A DNA stretch of 64,000 bases from Lingula anatina (GCA_051362555.1 CM120646.1:3658001-3722000); one strand, 5' to 3'. Positions 37,148 to 50,834 are shown, counted from the stretch's first letter. Translations and numbers: made by a program. The notes: a model not told the origin generated them from the letters alone.

Positions 37148-38199
37148 ATAATAGAAAATAATCGTCATTAAAATTCGCTGACAATGAGGTTTGAAGTGGA
37201 CAAAACGAACTTTCTGTATGTTTCAATGTCAATTGTCATACATTTGACTGATGTAGACGGTGGGACGTGGGGTCGGACAATAGAAATGAATTATAACCGT
37301 TTTCTAAAGCTTCAAAACTTTAAAGTTACAATGACCAGTGCTATGACCCGTGGGTCCGGCAACAGAGAAGAAATGATAATGACAAAACGTTTTATGTAAT
37401 AAAATAATCGTCATTAAAATTTGCTAGCAAAGGGGATTTAAAATTACAATGAGAAGTTTCGAGAAGACACACATACTAAAATGACCAGCACTACGATCCG
37501 TGGGGTTACACGTTTAGTTTAAACAAACGACGGCCAGTGCTGTCAAAGTCTACGGGACGGTGATTGTTCGTTCTCTTTTATTAATCTGAAGATAAGATAA
37601 GATAAGATAAGAGTTTAATTAGCCAATTATAAAAATCGGAAATCATTTTCCTTTTGGAGCAATATACAGAGTAAAATAATAGAATAATGCAATATATAAA
37701 TAAATTAAGAATTTGGTTTTGAGACGTTGTTGTTATTCTTAGCACGCTCCCCATTCACACATACACTATAACCTACAGGGGTATGCATTTTGTGTTTACA
37801 TCAACAGCCCAGTGGTCATTGGGCGCAGATGCACTAAGCTGTGGTTATAAAACAGTTTGATCTATAATTAAAAAAAATAATAAAATAAAACGGGAAGCTA
37901 CTTCTACCTAATCCAAATAGATAGTTAAAAACAGCTCCTGTTTACAGCTCCTGCTAAAGATAGCAAGAATTGTAAATCAGAGCCAGTCGGTGGCTAAAAA
38001 AAGCAGCTTACTAAGATTAAAAAATTGCATTTAAAAAGTGTACCGTGCCTGAAAACATCCTCTCTTACTACTATCATCTTACTGTTCATGGGCCTTCCCA
38101 ATTTTCACCTGTTTTTTTTTCAAATGTCTCTTTTAAATATATGTTAAAACTGTTTTTAGTAGGGGATATGCGTTAGCACAGTTCTGCTCCTTGTTTCAG

Positions 38200-38400
38200 A
38201 ACTAAATTTCAATGTTCTTATTTTTGTGTCAAGTAAATTATTCGTGTTCCTTGGTCTTTGGCTCATCTTATTAAGTGTGTCTTTTGACATTGCTGTACGT
38301 TTCTTTATTTCTGTGTCACATTTCGCATCTGATGTCAACATGAACCCGAGATATTTAAATTGGTATAGTTGTTTTAATTTTATTTCTTTGCTAAGTTTGA
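38200..38400 (-). mobile_element. RTE-clade LINE fragment (duplicate of ~39490-39683)
   Basis: QFKYLGFMLTSDAKCDTEIKKRTAMSK. Essentially identical sequence at ~39490-39683. Confidence 0.8.
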
Positions 38401-38527
38401 ATTTAAACTACCGTGAACGGTAAACTGTTTATACTGTATATTTATCTATTTTTAAGCTCAAAATGATGGGTGTTGAATTTGTAATGAACAATTTGCACTA
38501 AAGCGATACACAGTCTTGGTATCATTG

Positions 38528-38750
38528 GGTGCATTCCCAGAGATTTAGATCTATCCTGAGATTAAGATTTAGATCGACCTAACTCCATGGGGGTTCACGC
38601 TAAATTGCAGTCAGCCGAGCGCGCACCATAGTTAATTACCCCTTAACAGCTTTTAGTTGGCGGGACAGACGCTTAAGCAGGCTAAGCTGACAGTAATCTA
38701 GTGAAACTCCCCACAGGGATAGATCGATCTAAAATCTATGGAAATGGGGT
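38528..38750. mobile_element. MITE related to the 7101-7355 family
   Basis: Inverted termini (TTCCCAGAGATTTAGATC / GATCTAAAATCTATGGAA). Shares the AACTCCATGGG..CGCTAAA motif with the reverse complement of ~7290-7312. Confidence 0.5.
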
Positions 38751-39064
38751 CTTTATTTTGCCAAGTTCGACTTTTCTGCCATTGAAATTAACCAGATACA
38801 TTAATCCTACAACGGTTAATGCAGCTTTATATATCAATTAGCTATGATGGCTGACCTTTAAGACTTACAGGAAGGTGAACCTACCCCTGTAGTAGTATAC
38901 CAGTATTTTTCAAATCCTTGGAAGTGATGTATCTGGGCTGAGAATTCAATGTGTAGATACAGGATGAATGTAATGAATTTCTATATGTTGTCATATACAA
39001 CATACTGGTACCGTTATTCAAATATCAAAATGCAAGCGTTTATGAAAGCAGTAACTTTATTATT

Positions 39065-39985
39065 TATCACTCATATTATTCAAGTGTCATGTCACGGCGT
39101 TCATACATCAACGATCATGGTACTTCAGTTTATTCTTTTTTCGGTCCATTGGATGAGCTCGTTGTTGGACAGTCGTTGGCTTGTTGCAAAGGCCTAAGGC
39201 TGTCGGCGCATGAAGTTCCTTGTCTTCCACTTCTTCTTCTTCTTTCAGTTTTTCCGCAGAGTACGAGTATTGTGTCCCGTCTTTTCTGATGGTATGGCTC
39301 AGAGATTTCATTTGTCTTTTTCTGATTGTTTTCATCAGTGAGCGCTGTACTCCTGCAAGTTGTAACAATTCTTCAGTCTTTCTTTCTGTCCTGGATATTC
39401 TCAACATGTCCGTAGCTTCCAGTTTCTTCTCTGTGTTGTTGAAGATATCCCAGTATTCACAATAATGCAAGAAGACTCACCAGACGTAGGATTTCAATGT
39501 TCTTATTTTTGTGTCAAGTAAATTATTCGTGTTCCTTGGTCTTTGGCTCATCTTATTAAGTGTGTCTTTTGACATTGCTGTACGTTTCTTTATTTCTGTG
39601 TCACATTTCGCATCTGATGTCAACATGAACCCGAGATATTTAAATTGGTATAGTTGTTTTAATTTTATTTCTTTGCTAAGTTTACATTTAAGTATTTGTT
39701 TTTGCTTTGATACTACCATGTATTCAATTTATTTGGCATATAGTTCCAGTCTCATTTTCCTGTTTTCTTTTGACTGTATTCTTTTCTGTGTATTCAGAAT
39801 TCTTAGGAGTTGTTACCATAATCTACAATGAGGACCGTTCTCTTGATACCTTTGATTGTTGATGTTTTGTTCATTAACTATTATTCCATCATGATCAGAG
39901 ATGTTGCTTAGAATTATTTCACTATGGATATTAAAGAGGTCAGGTGACAGCACACATCTATGTCTCACTCCTCTACGTATTATCA
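39065..39985 (-). mobile_element. RTE-clade LINE, 5'-truncated, degenerate reverse transcriptase
   Basis: Minus strand shows [12 protein letters not shown] (~39930-39975), MVVSK, FKYLG, MLRISRTERKT, LMKTIRKRQMK. The 3' end runs into a short TAA-rich tail near 39065-39085. Confidence 0.8.
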
Positions 39986-40689
39986 TTTACGCTGATATTT
40001 ATTTTAAGTAGAGGGAAACAAAAGAGGACGAGAAAGACAGCAATGTAAAACGTTTGGGTGGCTGCGCGACGTTGTCATCTTCCTTGTATTTACTCCTATC
40101 AAACAATTATATAAAAAATTGGACAATGTGTTTACTCCCAGTGATTTACTTTTACTTTGTAACGGTCTGTTTTCGATCTTTTGGCATCCTGCAGTACACA
40201 GTTTTGTGGATAATGGCACACCCTTGAAATGTAAGATAAGAATTTTCTTCTCTGCCTTTTTTAAGACACTTAATTCCATTAAAATGTTAATTTTGCATTA
40301 TAACGTCTCTTTCTTTGGTGGATCATGTGTGTTTTGTTCACAATTCAGTTTCCCTCTCGAACTGCACTACCAACCGTGAGAGACAGTTTAAAAGGCTTAA
40401 ATGTGTAAGTTTATGATGATGGATACGCATGTGCTAAATGCTGCCTGTTGTTTGTAGACTACGTGTACAAAATGATAGAAACCTTCATTAAAAAATACAC
40501 CAAACGTGAAAATACATATAAGAATAGAGATATTACGCTAGAAGTGATGTGCAACAAAAATTATTACTGCTCGCCTGGTAATGGTAATATAAAGGAATGG
40601 GATGGTTTAGGTAGTAGATATGTCCATATATCGGTACTGAAAACAGGACAAAATATTTAAGAAAGAAAGTTCACAAAAAAAGGTCCTAC

Positions 40690-40940
40690 CTACCTTGTTG
40701 TTCGATTTCACGAAAAGTAAGGAAAATGGAAAACGCCTTCCGGGTCTTAAAAAAATGGCAGTTCAAGCTTGAAGCAGTAAAGAAAATGGAAAACGCCTCT
40801 CGGGTCTTAAAAAAATGGCAGTTCAAGCTTGAGCACCGACTTCTGAACAATTTACGCTCTGCTGATGTTACTTATATAAAAACACAGTGATGAGACCACC
40901 AACGTGTTAAATGTCATGATCACATTGCGCATGCGTTAAG
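40690..40940 (-). promoter_or_regulatory. Putative 5'-UTR exon and promoter of CARNS1-like copy 1
   Basis: Homologous to ~48712-48885 upstream of copy 2: minus-strand donor CAAG|GTA, AAAACG..CCGGGTCTT, ACACAGTGATGAGAC and a TGCGCATGC palindrome. Contains a local ~51-bp tandem duplication (40722-40832). Confidence 0.5.
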
Positions 40941-42369
40941 TAACTGGGTTACACAGTCAACTTTAGGAGATTTAAATAGCGCAAATCCCTACAGAATATT
41001 AATTTAGGATAATTTAAATTATTAAAATAGGTGCGTCGATATGGTTTTCTTAACAGCAATTTTCATGTTATTTAGTGACTATAATCCATAAAATGATGAA
41101 ATTCAAAATAATTTGAGGTTTCAAAATGCTCGTGATTTGAACCATTGCCCCTTGTAAATGCTAGTAATTTTAGACTTATGCCTATACCACTTTCAATGGA
41201 CCCGCACCATGCAGCAATTTTGAAATATATTGCCTGTTTTTTTAGAAATCCGGACTGACTACCAAAATGAAAGATACTGATTTTTAAACGTAATTACGAC
41301 TACGTCTCGGCCAATCGAGATACCACTAAGGGTACATACACTGCACTTTTAAACGACGTTTTCTCTACTAGTTGTCAATCATTTTGCGATGTCCATAGTT
41401 TAAGTCTAATTTCGTTCATTTTGCATTTAAATGTATTGAAACAAATCACGTCGGAAGTTTTAATTTGTTTTATTTGACACTAACTTGCAATTGTGAGGAT
41501 AATTAGCCCAGTAATCTAACCTAAATTGACCTTCTTTAACTTTCTTTGTTTTTCATTTAAAGAATATTCCAATTTCTGTGCCATTTCTCATAAAGTACAA
41601 CATGAAAGCAACTTAATAGAATGGCATTTACATGTACCAGTGTACCGGTCACAATCTTTAATAGTTTTGCGATATATATTACAGTTCAATAAAGATTTTA
41701 AAAATACCTCTGTGTACCAATCTTCAAAAAACACTACCGCCCCTATGTTTGGATTACGTACTGCCTTCATTGCAACGTGTGGCAAAAGGATACTACTATT
41801 TCTAGTACTACTTTTACTACGTGTACTAAAACCTGTGCTGGTACAACTACTACTAAAGATAATGATCACCAGGGAAATAATTATATAAAACGTTATTGTT
41901 ATTTTTTATTCACGCACTTATAGGTAATAGTAACATATATATACGTTGATGCCTAGAACATTTTTGACATAACTATATTTTTCTAATATAATGGTTATCT
42001 GTACTACCCACTCTGTTTTCTTGACAGCTGTACCATTACTATATTACCAGGACAACACCACGAAAACAACTCCAAGAAAACAACATATACTATTCATGAA
42101 ACCATATATGAACTGAGTAATGTTTATGGTGCACCTTTTTTCAAAATGTTTATAATAATGAAAATAAACAGATGAAAATGCAATGAGAATGAAAGAAAGA
42201 AACGTTCGTGATGCTTTATAATAGTATTAATGGGAAAACAAAAGTTATTACACGGAGACCGATGCCCAAGTGCAAGGATTGTCATCACCGCACCTTCGTC
42301 GTGTGTGTGTGTGTGTGTGTGTATTTGTGTGAAAATGAATATGACAATAACAACTTATTTACTCGTCTT

Positions 42370-45300
42370 TCATTGCCAAGATAACTCCACGAAAGGGGAC
42401 AGAAAGCGTTCCACTGGATACTGTTGGTTGTCTATCCCATATTTCCTGCAAACAGCCAACAGATTTTTCTTTGCCTCATTTACAGATTTCCCCTTTACAG
42501 CTACCTGGCATAACAAGTTCTCAGAGGGCTCATTTTCTTTCAACTCGGACTCCATTGGAAATAATATTATTTCCCCTTTTTCATGAGCCTCAGCAAGGAT
42601 CTCCAGTGTGGCAATGCCCGGTCGCGATAGTGCCTTGGCGTGGGCTGTTGTGGTACACATGACCCCTATCAGCTGACACCTTGGCTCCAATGGCCAGACG
42701 CGTGGTTGTATCCCACATGCAATCAAGAAATTTAGGAAAAGGATATCTGTTTCGAAGACGGTGCGTATCCAGTTCCGGTAATGGGCGCCGGTTACTCGTC
42801 CGTTGATCTCGATCAGTTTCGGTCCCGTCGGCGCCATTTTAAACTCGACACTATACACTCCATCTGTGAGACCAACCGCGTCAACACACTGCTTTGTGGC
42901 CATTACCATCTGCCGCTGCTTGTCAAGGGGTAAACATGACGGCATACACGATGAAGTCTCAAAAAAGAGAGGAAAGCGGGTAGGTCCACAATCAGAGATG
43001 AATGCCGCTAAAATCTTTCCTCGAAACATGACGACCTCCACCCCATGTTTTGTTCCTAGTGAATACTCTGCTAGGTGCATTTCCTTGCCGTAACCAATGC
43101 CAAACGCTTTTTCATCCGTGTTCTGTAATGTTTTCTGAATGCTGTTGAAGTATTTCAGACACTCTTTCTCGTCTTTTACCAGATGGATACCGAAGGAATA
43201 TGCCCCGTATTCCGGCTTCAGAATGGCGGGATACCTAATAAGATTTGAGGATCCCTTCACATCTTCAGGTCGGACAATTTCGTGTATCTTGACTGCATAT
43301 AGATGAGGTTTTGGCAAGAAAGAGCTGCAGGTCGACGATGCCAACAAAGCATTTTGGCTCAAACTTTTCTTCTTAGCCATTCTTGAAGCCTCGGGGGTAT
43401 TTCCAAGCATGCGCAGTGCTTCGCACACCAAAGCCGTCAGAGGAACGTAATTCTCGTCCACTGTCATGCATCCGTCTACGTCTAGGCCTTGTGTGCGCAG
43501 TAGATGGACAATTTTCTTGGTATTTTCATCATCGTGGCTGTGGTCTTCTATATCACATTGGATAAACTTGTATACCCTTTTCACCGCACTGTGGTTAGGA
43601 TCAGGGTCAATCAAAATGATCTGAAATGAGTTAAAAGACGCACATGCATTAAGGAGCATTCTTTAACAAGACTTCATTTCAAGGTAGGTACGACTATTAC
43701 CTTGATATCAATAACAATTCTGATACTTTTCTAATAAAACTTCTTATAAAAATAAATTTCATATAGACTTTAAACGGCAAGTTTACGACATGATATATAT
43801 TTAAAGTAAAGTAAATAAAAAAAATGTATAACATTTTTTTCAAATCACGGACCCTCTAAATTCAAGTGTTAAATATGTATTTCTACTGCTGAAAACATTT
43901 ACCTTAACATTGTACTCCTCGGCAGCTCTCCAAACGAACTCTTTACGTATCCTTTCTCCTCCACCAATAAGGAGGATTTTCTTTCCTCGAAGAAGAAATC
44001 GCTGACTACGGTTGACCATGGTTGCCACCAGGGGGCGCACGCTGCTTCCAAGCTCGGCAGGGTTCTGCAATTCGCACATCTGTGTGTTTTCAATGATTTT
44101 CCTGCTGTTATTGACACTGACAGCAACGGCCTCATAACTGCCGGCTTCTTGCTGAGTCAAGACAAAATTGACTCCTGAAAAATATAAATATATCTAAAAA
44201 AAAATGTAGCTTTTTATCATGCAATAAAGCCAGAGCAAGCGAATCTAGTTACCACCATTTCTGAGTCGTCTTTGTACTGCGTAAGCCTGTTATCTCATAT
44301 ACACTACTTAAAAGAAGTTATGGTACGCTTAGAACAGCTGATGTTTAGATATAAAGTTTACTGTTCAATAACTTAAACCATAAAATTATAATTGTTTACC
44401 ATTATATTTTAATAATCGTGAATTGTATTTGAAGCCAAGTAATTTGTTTATTTATTTATTTTTTACTTATTTCACCCACCAAAATAAGCCTGTTATCTCA
44501 TATACACTACTTAAAAGAAGTTAGGGAACGTTTAGAACAGCTGATGTTAAGAAAGAAAGTTTACTGTTCAATAACTGTAAGCGTAAAAATTACAAATTAT
44601 AGATTTTTATTGTTTACCATAAAAAAATTTAAATCGTGCATTGTGTTTGAACGTATGCAATTTTATCTTTATTTTTACTTTTTTCACCCGCCATTATAAA
44701 AATAATAATATTTACTTTTAGCGAGCAAAAAATATTTGAATTGCAACACTGACATCCAATACATAATGACGACTTTGTCTTAGAATTGCTTAAATTTCAT
44801 AATAGTAGGTATGTCTCAAACTTTTGCGTCTTAAAAGGCGGGTGTCGTTTACGCCCTTTTGAGCAGTATATTATTTGCATTCAAAAAAATGTTAACTTTA
44901 GAGATATACACAATATTGTTTTAAATCTTAAATTATTCAAATATTTACCTATAATGCCTGTTTCTGCCAATAATCCACCGCGTTCTTTGTTGAGACAGTT
45001 CTCGTGCTTCATCCAATTTCCCAATATATCCTCCGCTTTTTCTTTAATCATTGAACGTATCTGTAAATCATGTACATAATATAAATTCTATTTTTTACAG
45101 ATTTTGTGGCTTAAATGTATTGCCATTACCTCATTGCTTCTGCAGGGATCTCAGCTTTTTAACTAAGTTACTTCAAAGACCCACCTTTCCAATTTTGGAT
45201 TTATTCTGTAACCCCCACTGAATCAGAAAGCTTTCCAGAGACAATGGTAAAGTATTGTTGCAATGGAGCGTTCTGTCCGCGTGACCAATGCCGCAGACAA

Positions 45301-45937
45301 TGTCTGAAACCAGCTGATTCCCATCAGGAGTGCAGCAGACGACAGCTCGTATTGTGCAGGACAATGCCTTTGACTTGATGCCGACTGAAAGAAAAGCAGA
45401 ACAAAGATGTCAGTAAACTGGTCGCGTGATTCCTTTATGAGAAAATACATGGGGTATATTCTTTAAATATAAAAGGCTCACACAACCATTCCATGCACTC
45501 ATACATATTTTATAAATACTGGCATTTGCTGTATATATTTAACCTGTAAAGAAACGTACCTGCCTGTTCCTCATAGTCAAGATGAGGGACAGGTAGTGGT
45601 TTAAGAGTCTCACAAAATGCCTCCACTATGATACTCTCCCCATCTTCCAGAACAGCCAGACCTTGACATACGGCGCTGTAGATGTTCTCTACGTCTTTGG
45701 CAGAATGGTAGGTAACACTTCGTGACGCAGGCTCACCTGCCTTGACAACTACCTAGACAGTAAAAATATTTTGTGAAAATTGTTGTCAGCCCGTCAAACT
45801 CTAAACATATTAAACCACCAAACACGTATTTATACATATGAAAGATCGGGAGCAATATCAACTTGGAACAGCGGGTGACTGAAAAGAAAGGTTGTCAACT
45901 TTAATAATTTTACCCATTATTATTTTTGTAGAAGGAA

Positions 45938-45970
<33 letters not shown>

Positions 45971-47116
45971 AACACACACACAAACACATATACAGTTTAC
46001 AAACACATAAAAAGAGGGATCCGCTGATAAACGTACCGCTTTAATCTCTTTTGTAGACAAAGAACTAATAAAAACATCCAACTCCTTCTTCGTTGCCTCT
46101 TTTCCGTCTTCTTTATCGTCAACAGTGACAACGGAAATATTATTTCTCTCCGAGTAATAAGGCATTCGTGATCTGAACACGAACGCCAACGTATCGGGAA
46201 AGGCAACACCAGCGTCCGCTACCAGAATACGAGTGAGAATTCGATCATCCAAATACTTCATCAAATCTTGCGTGACTCCTAGTGGGCAATCTAATTTTTT
46301 CTCAAATTCGACACTGGTGTGACTTTCACTGTGCAAGCGTACATCCGATATCTCCTCATCTGCAATAAGAGAAATAAAAATGAAAAAGTAAACAAATATT
46401 ATATATAATACATCTTTTAAACAAGTATCTTAAAAATGAATTGATAAATAAATGAGAGTGAAGTTAACCGATGTTGTCACACAATGCTATATTTAACTTC
46501 TGGATATCATACCTATGGAAAGGTTAATAAAGTAAGTGACACGGCGAGGTGGAGTGAAGATGTCCAAAAATGTCCGACCACAAGAGTCAAATGTGACAGC
46601 CTTGTGTACTCGTAAGGTTTGCAGATCTCCTTCATTGGTGGGTTCTTTCTGAAGCCATGTTAAAGAGGGTACCAGTAACATACCACCAGGACACTGCTTC
46701 CCACCCTCTAAACACAGGTTCAGACAGGTGAGAGGTTCCCCCAGTACCACCATCGTGATCTCTTCAATCGTAGATTTAGTCCGCCGATTCTGTAAAAATT
46801 TGCAAGTGGCAGTGACATACTGTAGGAATACACATGAAAATGTACTATTTTAACATTAGCAGATAATTTTCTTCCATTCTTTTGACTGAAAGAAATAAGA
46901 TGCAAGCTAGATGGACGAAAAAGACCCATTTTTATGAACGTTGATTGAAGGGTTCACTTGGGCCTTTCTGGATTAACTTATGGTATTTTGATAATTTCAC
47001 ATTATTACCTGCATTCTCTCTATGGTTTCTGGCAAGTCGTAAAATCCCAGTCCTTGCTGCAAATCATACCAAAACTGACTTTTCTTAATTTCTTCGAGTA
47101 AAGAGCAGTGGTCCAT
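42370..47116 (-). CDS. CARNS1: Carnosine synthase 1-like ATP-grasp ligase, copy 2; intact, ~911 aa
   Basis: Exons 47116-47009, 46789-46513, 46359-46037, 45752-45560, 45384-45185, 45060-44949, 44174-43903, 43620-42370 total 2736 nt, in frame, no stops seen. Two ATP-grasp regions. C-terminal motifs KPEYGAYSFG, SDCGPT, VEFKM, LIEINGR. Confidence 0.87.
44283..44700. repeat. ~200-bp tandem duplication in intron 6 of CARNS1-like copy 2
   Basis: AAGCCTGTTATCTCATATACACTACTTAAAAGAAGTTA starts at ~44283 and again at ~44486. Single copy in paralog 1 (~30158). Confidence 0.8.
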
Positions 47117-48711
47117 TTTACGTGCCTATTAGGGTAAATGTTCATATCAATAGATAATACTGCATCATTTACTGCACTATTTTTATTGGAATATGCAATA
47201 ACTTCTGTTAACACACCATTTCCCTTCATTAGCTTGCACTCACCTATCGCGTTTAAATCTATTTTCTCATAAAGTACTAGTACTTGCTGGCATTTACACC
47301 ACATCAGATGCCCTTTTCATAATACGTTACATGTCTGAATAGGAGACAAAGGGTAAATGTTATGAAATTATGATATTTAATATTTGTAAAACAAAGACAT
47401 TTTAAATAGTGTTTTTACCTCTGAGAAGGAAGTTATGTTTGTGGTTCAGTTAGTTAATTTTTATTTTTGCAGCATTATGCAAATGCCATGGACAGATTTT
47501 TATTACGTTTATAGGATAGGTCACAACTTAGACAAGGAAAAATGTTTAGGTGTGAAGGTTGAAACGGATTACATCGTACCATATTGAATTGCAACTGATT
47601 ACCATTGTAACGAAACGAACTCCCATGGCACTTAGATGTTCGCACTATTAAAATGATGATATTTTTCATTTATAAAGAGCGACACTTAGCTTATAAAAAG
47701 TGGCATATGTACATATGTATCTATTATCCCTGAAATAATGATGTTGATTTTGGTTAACAGCGCTAGATAGGGAACGACAGAACGTTCTCCTCAGATTTTT
47801 ACAACAGTTTTCGTATGCAAGGCAGATCGATACCTCGGTATTTTCATGTTGTGGTTAAAACCAGACACATTCATCTTGTTTATGATAAACAGGTTGTCTT
47901 TAAATGGGACCAGTAGGATTAAAGACAGTATACAGCCATTTGTATGTTACAGCATTTTTTCTAATTCGCGGAAGGATATCCATAAGGGTTGAGAACAAAT
48001 GGGAATTGGATTTGGATCAATGTAATGAAGTCTAATACATAACCAAATAGAACATAGAGGTACCGTCATACCTTAGAAGCCAAATAATGCATTTGTGAAA
48101 GCAGCCGTTTTGGTGATTATTTTTCAGTTTCAGGCATTTTTTATTTCGAAGAGTACAAGGCAGACAGCTAGAATACAAAGTGCATGTAGATCCTAGGGGT
48201 TGCTGCCTATTAAACAATGACTTAGGTTGGGCAAAATGTTAACCCTCAAATGGCAAAATTTACGTCTGATTTGAAACGATCCGTTCTCGAGTCTTCCAGA
48301 TCATGCTTTACAATAGACACAGTGTCTTAGACTATGAACCATTCTTAAAAAATGTTTTGGCTTCAAAGCTCGAAGTTGCTGTATAACGTCACATTACTTT
48401 ATGAACACTCATGTTTTCATTCGCAAACTGCACTACAAACTATTGAGAGAAAATGGGTTTAAAAATGGTATTTCATGATAAATATAATATAACTCTCACA
48501 TGGGTATGAAATTGCCAAATGCTGTCTGTTCCCTGTACATGTATACATGTAGAATGACACGTACATTCATTCATACATTCAAAAATTTTAGTATTGCCCA
48601 TATTGTAATACTTATATTAAGGTATGGGATGGGACCCTAACTATGTCAATATATCGGAATTGAAAATGGCAAAATCATGGAAAAAATAACCCATATTTTA
48701 GTTTAAAATTC

Positions 48712-48885
48712 TTACCTTGTTGTTAAGTAAAGAGCATTGAAAACGTCTCCCGGGTCTTCAGAAAGTAATATGTCGCCCTCAACCTTAAGACTCAGACTTC
48801 TTGCGCTGTGCCGATATTATTAATATCTAAACACAGTGATGAGACTGCCAACGTGTAAATGTCACAATCAGTTTGCGCATGCACT
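48712..48885 (-). promoter_or_regulatory. Putative 5'-UTR exon and promoter of CARNS1-like copy 2
   Basis: Consensus donor CAAG|GTAAG on the minus strand at ~48715. Block conserved with 40690-40940, including TGCGCATGC (NRF1-like palindrome). Confidence 0.5.
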
Positions 48886-49668
48886 ACACACTTTGTAACC
48901 ATGCAGGTGGTACAATCGGCTCTTTGTAAATTAGAGATGTTTATTTCCACAAAAACATGAACTTAATAATAATTAATAATTTCAATGATCAACATAGGTG
49001 TGTCGATTTGATATTCCTAAGTGTATGGTTATGTTATTTATTGAAAAGGAATTCATATTCATATACGCTTGGTATTTGGTACATTCCCCCGGTATAAAGC
49101 TAGTGATTCTCTCTATAGAGAGATGTGTTCACATGTGTGACATAACTTTCCCCACATATTCAAACGCCCTGTTACTGTATATGCATTCAGTTCAACCTCA
49201 TGGACTCTCCGGACCATGTTGTTATCAAGTTTTTCTCCAGTTTTCACAGCTATCAATGTAATTAAAGTTTTCAAGGTTATCATGTTACAAGTTTATATGT
49301 AATCAGTTTTTAAGTTTTAAGTTTATGGAGTTTCTTGAAATATGCAATCTATGAACTCCAAAAACGTTTCATCTGTTTTTAATCCACGGTTATGGTACAG
49401 TTACCTCGTATATTCTTCTGAAGACCCTTTTTGCCACCTAAAAATCTTAAGCAAACTGAGTATATTCTTCGGATATAATATAATATAATATAATATAATA
49501 TAATATAATATAATATAATATATAAACATTTTTTCAAGAAATGACGAGCACTTACATAGAAATATTGACCTTTTACACTGTATGTCAAATGTCGCAACTA
49601 TTTCTCATTTATGCTAAATGATCCAAACAAACCTAGCCGCAAAAGTAATATTTTTATTTGACACTTAA

Positions 49669-50834
49669 GGTAGCAATTAACAGTAAATGGCCAAAATGTG
49701 GGTGTTTTTCTGAATTTGTCAGTATTAGATAGATGAAATATCAACTACATATCAGCCTATCTTAAAATAATGGAAGTTTACAAATAAACCCGTAATTTTA
49801 GCCTAATTGCTGATTTACCCCTGTGGTAGCGTGTCTGAGTTTTAAAGTAGGTCACACTTGACCATATATGTGTTTGATAGGCAGCTCCACCGGCAGCTGT
49901 ATATTTCCCCGTACTAGATTGCTGCTAAGCCTTTCACATTCTGTGAGTAACGTCCCGCTTTCGCTTGCCAAACAATACTTTTCATTTTGAATTTATCAGT
50001 GAACTTAATTCTGACGATCTACTAAAGCTCTAAAAAGCAGACATATAGATGAGACGTATATGGGCAAAGGCAATCCCCCTAGGTGTCACGTGGTGAAGAA
50101 GGCTGACGTCACGACTAACATGGTGGCTGCTGTCAATGCATGGAGGGGGCCTCCGGTTGAAAATGTTCAATAATAATGTTGAAAATGGATGAAAGTCATA
50201 GTGGCAGTTACATAGGCAGTGAGTAGAGGGTTGAACCAGTATAAATAACTAAATTTCTCAGCTTGCCAATGCAGCTCACTGGTTATATCTCGTTGGAATC
50301 TCCGGGGAGCACTAAAAGGCTGATTTCTCTGCTTCAGTTTATGGCTTAAAGAGAACGATTTAGACCAGTGTCAAAATTAATTAGAACTCTCAACCGAAGA
50401 AAGCTGGCATTCATTCGTTAGATCTAAGGTTTGTCTTAAAATATGTTTCTGGGATTTCATAACATCAGCTCTGTTTTCAACTTACGCGTGCTTTAGTTAG
50501 ACTAGGGGGTCTCGTTGAACTGGAAAGCAGGTTTATTTTGATATCTCTGCTAATTTAAAACATGTCGCTAATTTGAGGCGCATCCTTGTTGATCCAAGTG
50601 AGGGCTCACGAGTCAAGCTGTCTACACATGTCCATTTGAAGTGGACTTCTAGTTTTTAAGGTGTTAAGATCATGTTGAGCACACCTATTAAGCATTATAT
50701 CTCATTACGTAACGATTACATAATAAAATAAGGATATGAAATGAAAAGCTGTTGAAATAAGCTTTCTATTGATATGTAACATGTTGGTATATCTTGGGCG
50801 GTTTAGAAGATAGCTACCCCTGTTAATTGCTAAC
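49669..50834. mobile_element. Kolobok-like non-autonomous element with TTAA target duplication
   Basis: TTAA|GGTAGCAATTAACAG ... CTGTTAATTGCTAAC|TTAA (15-bp TIR, 1 mismatch). The paralogous segment at ~41470-41560 lacks the insertion. Confidence 0.75.

Larger units (their letters stand above)
33497..38072. mobile_element. Long-TIR element, probably a non-autonomous Polinton/Maverick derivative
   Basis: ~460-bp inverted repeats (33497-33956 vs 37535-38072; the right copy has a ~135-bp insert with (GATAA)n). Right terminus reads AGTAGT on the minus strand. Flanks ATTATT/ATCATC resemble a decayed 6-bp TSD. Intronless virus-like ORF relics inside. No pPolB, integrase or capsid seen. Confidence 0.6.

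Noticed and set aside
41526-41888. 120-aa and 93-aa overlapping ORFs
   Set aside because: The paralogous segment (~50850-51190) does not keep a homologous frame. Low-complexity CTA repeats; no recognisable domain.
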